Of a stretch of 64,000 nucleotides of DNA, positions 58,197-64,000 are shown one piece after another (the first letter of the stretch is position 1; each line of letters opens with the position of its first letter). Made by a program: the position numbers and the translations under genes. This stretch comes from Giardia intestinalis (taxonomy: Eukaryota): NCBI GenBank assembly GCA_000002435.2, contig CM018790.1; one strand, given 5' to 3'. Under the pieces are notes generated by a model. It was not told the DNA's origin and ran no database searches. It saw only the letters and a list, made by a program, of their open reading frames with translations.

Positions 58197-61100
58197 ATGG
58201 AAGACCAGTGTGTACAGGACAAGATTTTTCAGTTGATGAGCCTGGGGGCTACCAGCTTGCCAGAGAGCTTTCCTCTGTTTCCATACATTCAAAAGACGCT
58301 TTTGATGATGACGCGGCCTTGCGTGAAATCTTGTGCTTCAGTGACCGGGTGCAACCCTCTGGAAGCTGGAGAAGCTGGATCTCTCATTGCCCTGTGCGTT
58401 GAGATCCTTCTAAGCCGCGACTCATCTCTATCGTTGCTCCAGATTGCAAGTGATGTCCTTTTACTGACCTTTCAAGCCTCACCCAAAGAGGACATGTCAC
58501 GAGGGATTATATCTCTTACTGGAGCAATTCTCAACAGGAGGCTCAAGATTTCTACCACGCGACTTGTTCTCTCTCTATTCCACACCATAATTCGGAACGG
58601 TATGCACAAAAATCTATTTACCAATACAAGCACACAGGGCCTCGCAGACGAATTTTCATTTGAGATGATTAACCTTTGTATATTAGCTAAATTGGCCATG
58701 ACCGACGGACACCTCGATACAGGGATAGTAATCTACAATGAGGATCTTGAAGCCAGCGGAGTACATATGCACACACTTGTCTTCTTTGCTAGCTTTTTAA
58801 TGATCTACCTGATACCTGGCTCTGAGCTTTCGCGTACGCCGTTCTATGTATCCCTGACCAAAGGCTTTCCAGCATGGATTCCGAAGCACTTCTTGGATGG
58901 TTTTGAGTGTGTGTCTGTGTTAGAATTGCTTAGAGCAACCTTGTGCTTCTTTAAACAGCGCCTGTCTGAATTCAAAACATTCTTGACTGAGCAACCAAGG
59001 TTTGTCGGAGAGTTTGTCACTCTAGCCACTTCACTTACTTGCTCCTCTCGTGAAGCATATCAAGTATTGCGTCAAATAGTAGTAGATATCATTATAGTGC
59101 TCATTGAGATCGTCGAAGAAGCAGAAGACTTAACTTCTCTTATCTGTGTTACTCTATTTCATTGTCTCAATTCTCTAATTGTTTTACCACTGTTTTCTAA
59201 GAGTGTTATTTTTGCCAATCTAGACTGTCCCATCATCCCAAAGGCTATTGGCCACCTGGTACTCAGTGACGCTTATAGCTGTTTAGACGAAGACATAGCA
59301 ATGGAGCTCAGAAGACAGAAAGAAAGCCTGGTGAAGGAGATGAGTTCCGGATCATCAAGAGCCGAAAGAGGGAGCAAGATAGCAGTAGAGCGCGCATACT
59401 TTTGTCTTTGGTCCCTTCTGCGTGTTATTACCGGAGAAAAATACCGGCTATACCCTGTGTACTTGATAAAGCTGACGTACTTACCGTCCACATCCTTGCT
59501 TCTCTACTATCTCCTGAACGTACTAACAAATCTTGCCAGTGCTAATAGTCAAGATATATCTGGTCTTGCCCTTAATTGTATGATTAATCTGTATATGCAC
59601 TGTCTTGGCGTGCTCGTGCAGGCCTCCAGCATGACTTGTGCTTCAGCAACTATATTCCGGCCACAGCCACCGAGCTCTATACTGTCTATTCAATCTAACA
59701 TAGTCGAGCGGTTGGATTTTCTTGGAAAGGTGAGAGGAATAGGGTCCTCCATTCTATCTTGTGGCAAGACCATTAGAGATGCCAAGCCCGATGCCATCCT
59801 ATCGGTACTCTCAGAATGCCTAGCTGATAGCTCTACTTCTCCTACTTCCAGGGCCCCAGCTGAACTGATTGCCATCCTCCCTCTTCTTGCTGGAGTTGTG
59901 CATCCATCAGTACCCTTTTTGTTACTCTTCTCCAAGAAAGGATCAGCAGTCCTAGACTCTACAATTTCTCAAGATGACTATTTCTATCACGTTCTTAGTG
60001 GCGAAACGATCCACCCGGATATGGACGAGCTTGATCTATTCCGCCTCTGCTTTAGGAATTTCCTTTTGAGCGGCGAAGGACAGGAGATCGAGCGTGCTAT
60101 GATCTCCATTTCCAATGATGTTGCGCGTGTCATTGGTGAGCTTCCCAGTGACCACAAGATCCGACTCATTGGGCACGCACCATCTTTGCGCATCTTATTG
60201 GGGTCTATAGTGGTGTTGACGACAGAGTGCTTGTCTGAAAAGATAGCTCTCAGTTCTAAAATGACCATGTCAAGATTTGTATCCATTTTGATGGGATCTT
60301 CACAGATCAAGGAGTATCTATCTGGAAACTATCAATTGTCGGAACAAACTAAAGGACAGCCTATCCCCTTACACGAGGATCTCGTTTCTAAGTTCTCTTC
60401 CATGTATCAACGAATTAGAAACGCTCCTCTGGCAGTTGACAGAACTATTTATGATGTACTATCCTTACCAACAGGAATAGCCTTGCCATCGTCAACATGT
60501 ATTAAGCTAGCTGAAAAAGCAAGCACTAGGACGAAAGATGCACTTGGTCCAAATGAGAGCGGGCAGCCAAGATTTGTTAATGTATTCAAAGATTGGTGCA
60601 CATCATCTTCTATGCTTCCTGGGACCATGGACCAATTGATTAGCATGACTGTTCATCAAACCTGCTTGCATATGCGGACTATGGAACAGCTGAAAAGCAT
60701 TCTTGGCCAGCAAAGAAGTAGATTACTGGATGGCGTCGAGACCGATAGTATTTCATTGATGGAATATTACTTTCATATCTATCTCTTGGTGCAGGCCGCA
60801 CTAACGCACTTTGTCTCCGGCGCATTGGCTGGTACAATAGGCTCTGGGGGCCTGGCTCTTTCAGTCGATTACTCATCAGGCCTTTACGCTGCATGTCATG
60901 CTGTCCATACCTACTCTCTCAAGATGCTAGCTCCGCTCTCCAAGTCATCTACATCCAGCAGCGCAGTGATGTCAAGCCTGATAGAACGCGAACTAATCTC
61001 CTCTTCGTATCTCTCTCGGTACTTTGCTGATCAGTGTGAGTACTTGCGTCTTTCTGAGTACATGTCTGCGTCATCTCCAAACGCGTGGATTAAGCTTAGC

Positions 61101-63137
61101 TCTAAGCTGCACAGCGGAGGTGCAAATCACACCTATGCGGCTCTCTACGGGATCAGCATATGCTCCTTCATCCAGTACAGTAATCACGCAACAGAAAAGT
61201 GGCGAGCTAAGAACTTAAACGACGTAGTTATGCACATGGTACGCATTTTAATAAGCTTGCACGCTCTCAATGTGATCTCTACATCCTTACCGGACCTGGC
61301 TGTTGAATTAGATATCTATCCCAGCATTAAAGATGTTATTCTCTCCACTGGACCCTTAGCGAGCCTGCAGTCTATTTGCAGTGTCTTCGCCTACTCTGGC
61401 GATGCCATTGCCAGCAAGGTTTTAATGTGCCCCTTTGAACTATGCAAGGAGGTTGTGGCCGCTTTTGAGACTAAAGCTGACTACTCGGTGATCATTCACG
61501 ACGGAATGATTAAGCTAGTGACCAGAACAGCGGATCTTAAGGGCCTAGACACAGAGGACTCGTCTCTTCTCAAGCACACAGCACAGATAAGCGCCACCTA
61601 TATGGCCTTAATGCTCCTGGGATCCCTTAAGTTCTATGCCAATATTATCTCCCATCTAGCGCCTCATGTTTTGGTCGTTTGCCTTCCAGAGGTAATAGGT
61701 CTAGTTGATTTGGCGTTGAAGACGGCCCAAACACACAGCACTACTATCTCCACTTCTCTACAACCAGTACACTCAAAGCTGAAGCCAGGCCAGGGGAACT
61801 TCAAACTTGAGACGAGTGTGGTGATTCTTTCACTTTGTATCTATCTTCTTCTACTCAAAAAATTGGCAGGAGGCATTAGGACTAGCTCAAGTTGTGTCTC
61901 TGATTTATCTCTCGTCTACAAGCGGTTGGAAGAGGCGGCATATCTAGAGGATACTTCCATCAAATATGTATCCAAGTCTATGATTGCGTTGATGGGAGCA
62001 ATATATGCAGAGTTGAATAGTTTAGACAATAGTGTAACAACTCTGCGGAACATAACCCTGTCATACCCTCAACTTTGTTTGACTATTCTCCGCCGTTATA
62101 CTCCTACCGATATATTCTTGTCCCTTTTGCTAGATTGCATATATGAGCTTTTGTGCTTAAATAGCTGTCAAGATAACATATTGTGCAGTATCTTTTTGCC
62201 ACAGCTGCGCTCGTTCTGCTCTACAAACCTTTTAACCCTGGCATCTCAGCTCCATCAGCTGTTCCGTGGTGAACCAATAAGCTCTGATATCTTAAAATCT
62301 CGACGTTCTGTCACAATCATGCTACCTATAGGGAGTAAGGTGGTAACTTTGCCGCCGCTGGCTTCATTCTTTTTCGGGGATGTGGCGTCCCCTAAAAGCT
62401 CTGAAAAGTCCGATGATGATGCAGTCAAATCTGTTCTATCAAGGATAGCGACTGTCCTATTACCGAAGAAGGCGCGTGACTCCTCTCCAGCTGTCACACA
62501 AGTTTCCATAAATAAAGAGACCATCGAACGGTTGGCAAAATTCTTGGCGACAATTTCATCTGCTGAAATTTCTCAAAGTATAGTGCTCAGATTTCTCTCT
62601 GAACTGGGGACGGAGAGCTTCGAGACCCTAAAGACTTCTACTGCCGTGTCTTGCGATATCCTATGCCTCTATTTTTCAATCTCTGTATATAACTTTTTGA
62701 GGACCACCCACGTCACATTTGACAGCTTTTATCTTTCCCTACCCTTATATTGGCTGGAAGACTCGGATACTGCTGCCTCAAATACTGTGACACAGTTTGC
62801 CATCCCGCTGCTCTTGCCCATCTTTTTGGCCACACGAGCACTTGAAGATACATTTAATCCACCCTTATGGATGCATATCGCTAATACGCTCGCATTCTTC
62901 GCACGTGAGCTGGCATGTTCTGACGATTCGCGGGCCTTCTTCTTCCAACAGGTTCTTCTTCCCATTATTCTTCTGGCCCGAAATACTGTTCCGTTGACCC
63001 AATTCGAGCAGAACCTATCACGGACCCCAGAGTTTATTAACAAAATTGTCAGCATTTCAAAGGAAGTTGTGAAAGATATCGCCAGCACTGAGCTGAGGGT
63101 TGCTCTAGCCCGTCAGTTGTCCGTATTGGGGCTTTGA
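58197..63137 (+). CDS. Large hypothetical helical-repeat protein, ~1647 aa.
   Basis: ORF-track start 58140 is GTG. The first ATG is 58197, preceded by ctctttttaaagac. Uninterrupted 4.9-kb ORF. Confidence 0.75.
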   Translation: MEDQCVQDKIFQLMSLGATSLPESFPLFPYIQKTLLMMTRPCVKSCASVTGCNPLEAGEAGSLIALCVEILLSRDSSLSLLQIASDVLLLTFQASPKEDMSRGIISLTGAILNRRLKISTTRLVLSLFHTIIRNGMHKNLFTNTSTQGLADEFSFEMINLCILAKLAMTDGHLDTGIVIYNEDLEASGVHMHTLVFFASFLMIYLIPGSELSRTPFYVSLTKGFPAWIPKHFLDGFECVSVLELLRATLCFFKQRLSEFKTFLTEQPRFVGEFVTLATSLTCSSREAYQVLRQIVVDIIIVLIEIVEEAEDLTSLICVTLFHCLNSLIVLPLFSKSVIFANLDCPIIPKAIGHLVLSDAYSCLDEDIAMELRRQKESLVKEMSSGSSRAERGSKIAVERAYFCLWSLLRVITGEKYRLYPVYLIKLTYLPSTSLLLYYLLNVLTNLASANSQDISGLALNCMINLYMHCLGVLVQASSMTCASATIFRPQPPSSILSIQSNIVERLDFLGKVRGIGSSILSCGKTIRDAKPDAILSVLSECLADSSTSPTSRAPAELIAILPLLAGVVHPSVPFLLLFSKKGSAVLDSTISQDDYFYHVLSGETIHPDMDELDLFRLCFRNFLLSGEGQEIERAMISISNDVARVIGELPSDHKIRLIGHAPSLRILLGSIVVLTTECLSEKIALSSKMTMSRFVSILMGSSQIKEYLSGNYQLSEQTKGQPIPLHEDLVSKFSSMYQRIRNAPLAVDRTIYDVLSLPTGIALPSSTCIKLAEKASTRTKDALGPNESGQPRFVNVFKDWCTSSSMLPGTMDQLISMTVHQTCLHMRTMEQLKSILGQQRSRLLDGVETDSISLMEYYFHIYLLVQAALTHFVSGALAGTIGSGGLALSVDYSSGLYAACHAVHTYSLKMLAPLSKSSTSSSAVMSSLIERELISSSYLSRYFADQCEYLRLSEYMSASSPNAWIKLSSKLHSGGANHTYAALYGISICSFIQYSNHATEKWRAKNLNDVVMHMVRILISLHALNVISTSLPDLAVELDIYPSIKDVILSTGPLASLQSICSVFAYSGDAIASKVLMCPFELCKEVVAAFETKADYSVIIHDGMIKLVTRTADLKGLDTEDSSLLKHTAQISATYMALMLLGSLKFYANIISHLAPHVLVVCLPEVIGLVDLALKTAQTHSTTISTSLQPVHSKLKPGQGNFKLETSVVILSLCIYLLLLKKLAGGIRTSSSCVSDLSLVYKRLEEAAYLEDTSIKYVSKSMIALMGAIYAELNSLDNSVTTLRNITLSYPQLCLTILRRYTPTDIFLSLLLDCIYELLCLNSCQDNILCSIFLPQLRSFCSTNLLTLASQLHQLFRGEPISSDILKSRRSVTIMLPIGSKVVTLPPLASFFFGDVASPKSSEKSDDDAVKSVLSRIATVLLPKKARDSSPAVTQVSINKETIERLAKFLATISSAEISQSIVLRFLSELGTESFETLKTSTAVSCDILCLYFSISVYNFLRTTHVTFDSFYLSLPLYWLEDSDTAASNTVTQFAIPLLLPIFLATRALEDTFNPPLWMHIANTLAFFARELACSDDSRAFFFQQVLLPIILLARNTVPLTQFEQNLSRTPEFINKIVSISKEVVKDIASTELRVALARQLSVLGL

Positions 63138-63193
63138 AGGCAAACGAAAGAGTGGTCCTGTTTAATATTATTTAAAAATTGCGAAATTTTGCA

Positions 63194-64000
63194 ATGATTT
63201 CCCTGATCGGGTACGAAGCATTCATCAAAAAGTACAGATTCTGCTCAGAAGTGCCACAGAGTGGATATGACAAGGTATACAGAGTGGAGAGCAAACACGG
63301 AGGCAACTTCTACACCTGCCGAGAGATATCTTACTCAAATATAGTACAGGACTCAATAGCCATTGATCCCGGGATATTTACTGCGCTTCTAGCCATCGAA
63401 CACCCATGCATAGCAAAGATTTATGACATCTACCACGACACAACGACCAAGAAACTGTACATAGTGACGGAACTTCTGGAAGATTCGACGCTGGAAACTC
63501 TAGTTGCAGCGCATCTCCGCACAAATGAATCGATGATAGAGGAGGTGGTATGGCGGGTTGCTGCCTACCTCTCCTCGGCCCTGTATTATTTTCTATTTCA
63601 ATTTCAAAAAAAATCAATCTGCGCCATATTTAAGCGATTCATCACACCACAGGATTGCGTGGTCTGTAGAACTGGACTTGTCAAGTTGCTATTGACAGAC
63701 TTAATTTTCATAGTTAACCCAAACTATGCTAAGCTCATGAGTCACCAAAAGCAGTGCTACTGTGCCCCTGAGATACTTCTCCATCTCCAGTATAGTGATA
63801 AGTCTGAGATGTGGTCCTTAGGGTGTATCTTGTATGAGTTGTGCACCCTGAAGCGGTTTATTGAGGACCCCAATCCAATGTTAGTAAGAAATCAGGCTGA
63901 AGCCGCCGAGAATCGCATCGTTCTACCAGGCTATTCAGAAGATATATGCAACCTTCTTAACGGTCTTTTGCGTTATGAACCAGGCAATCGCTATTCTGCC
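63194..64000 (+). CDS. NEK-like protein kinase-fold protein, probably a pseudokinase, 3'-partial.
   Basis: Kinase subdomains present (KLYIVTELLE; CYCAPEIL; SEMWSLGCILYEL), but no VAIK Lys (TCREI), no HRD, and DFG is replaced by TDL. The ORF runs to the window end. Confidence 0.7.
   Translation, partial: MISLIGYEAFIKKYRFCSEVPQSGYDKVYRVESKHGGNFYTCREISYSNIVQDSIAIDPGIFTALLAIEHPCIAKIYDIYHDTTTKKLYIVTELLEDSTLETLVAAHLRTNESMIEEVVWRVAAYLSSALYYFLFQFQKKSICAIFKRFITPQDCVVCRTGLVKLLLTDLIFIVNPNYAKLMSHQKQCYCAPEILLHLQYSDKSEMWSLGCILYELCTLKRFIEDPNPMLVRNQAEAAENRIVLPGYSEDICNLLNGLLRYEPGNRYSA

Noticed and set aside
1-64000. Prokaryotic-style features (CRISPR arrays, IS elements/transposases, operons, rRNA).
   Set aside because: There are no direct-repeat/spacer arrays, no transposase- or integrase-like ORFs, and no inverted terminal repeats. 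The gene content and architecture are eukaryotic (protist).

Overview
This 64-kb window looks like a gene-dense, apparently intron-free stretch of a protist nuclear genome, and its gene content points strongly to Giardia intestinalis (a diplomonad). The evidence for Giardia is a giant GGCY-motif cysteine-rich VSP-like/HCMP surface protein, a second high-cysteine membrane protein, two 'protein 21.1'-type ankyrin-repeat genes, a NEK-like pseudokinase, a 316-aa bacterial-type carbamate kinase, and very short AT-rich intergenic spacers with frequent 3'-end overlap of convergent genes. I support about 36 protein-coding genes and one tRNA-Gln(CUG); there are no CRISPR arrays, IS elements or rRNA. 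Recognisable products are an RPA12/RPC11-type RNA polymerase zinc-ribbon subunit, TRAPP Bet5, a GPN-loop GTPase, BBS8/TTC8, a TM2-domain protein, kinesin-2, carbamate kinase, V-ATPase subunit C, a Dopey-family giant protein, ZNF593/Bud20 and a PHP-domain (TrpH/YciV-like) phosphoesterase; many others are lineage-specific hypotheticals. The supplied ORF track allows TTG/GTG starts, so several starts were moved to the first in-frame ATG. The most notable observations are (1) a bacterial-type PHP phosphoesterase gene embedded between eukaryotic genes, (2) a tRNA-Gln sitting inside a 152-bp bidirectional promoter with its Pol III terminator 12 nt before the next ATG, (3) a 2516-aa VSP-like protein built from about 8 tandem ~300-aa double-GGCY modules with an abrupt GC jump in its 3' 1.6 kb, and (4) systematic tail-to-tail gene overlaps and 16–35-bp head-to-head promoters. 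I found no convincing candidate for an undescribed multi-gene system and do not want to invent one.
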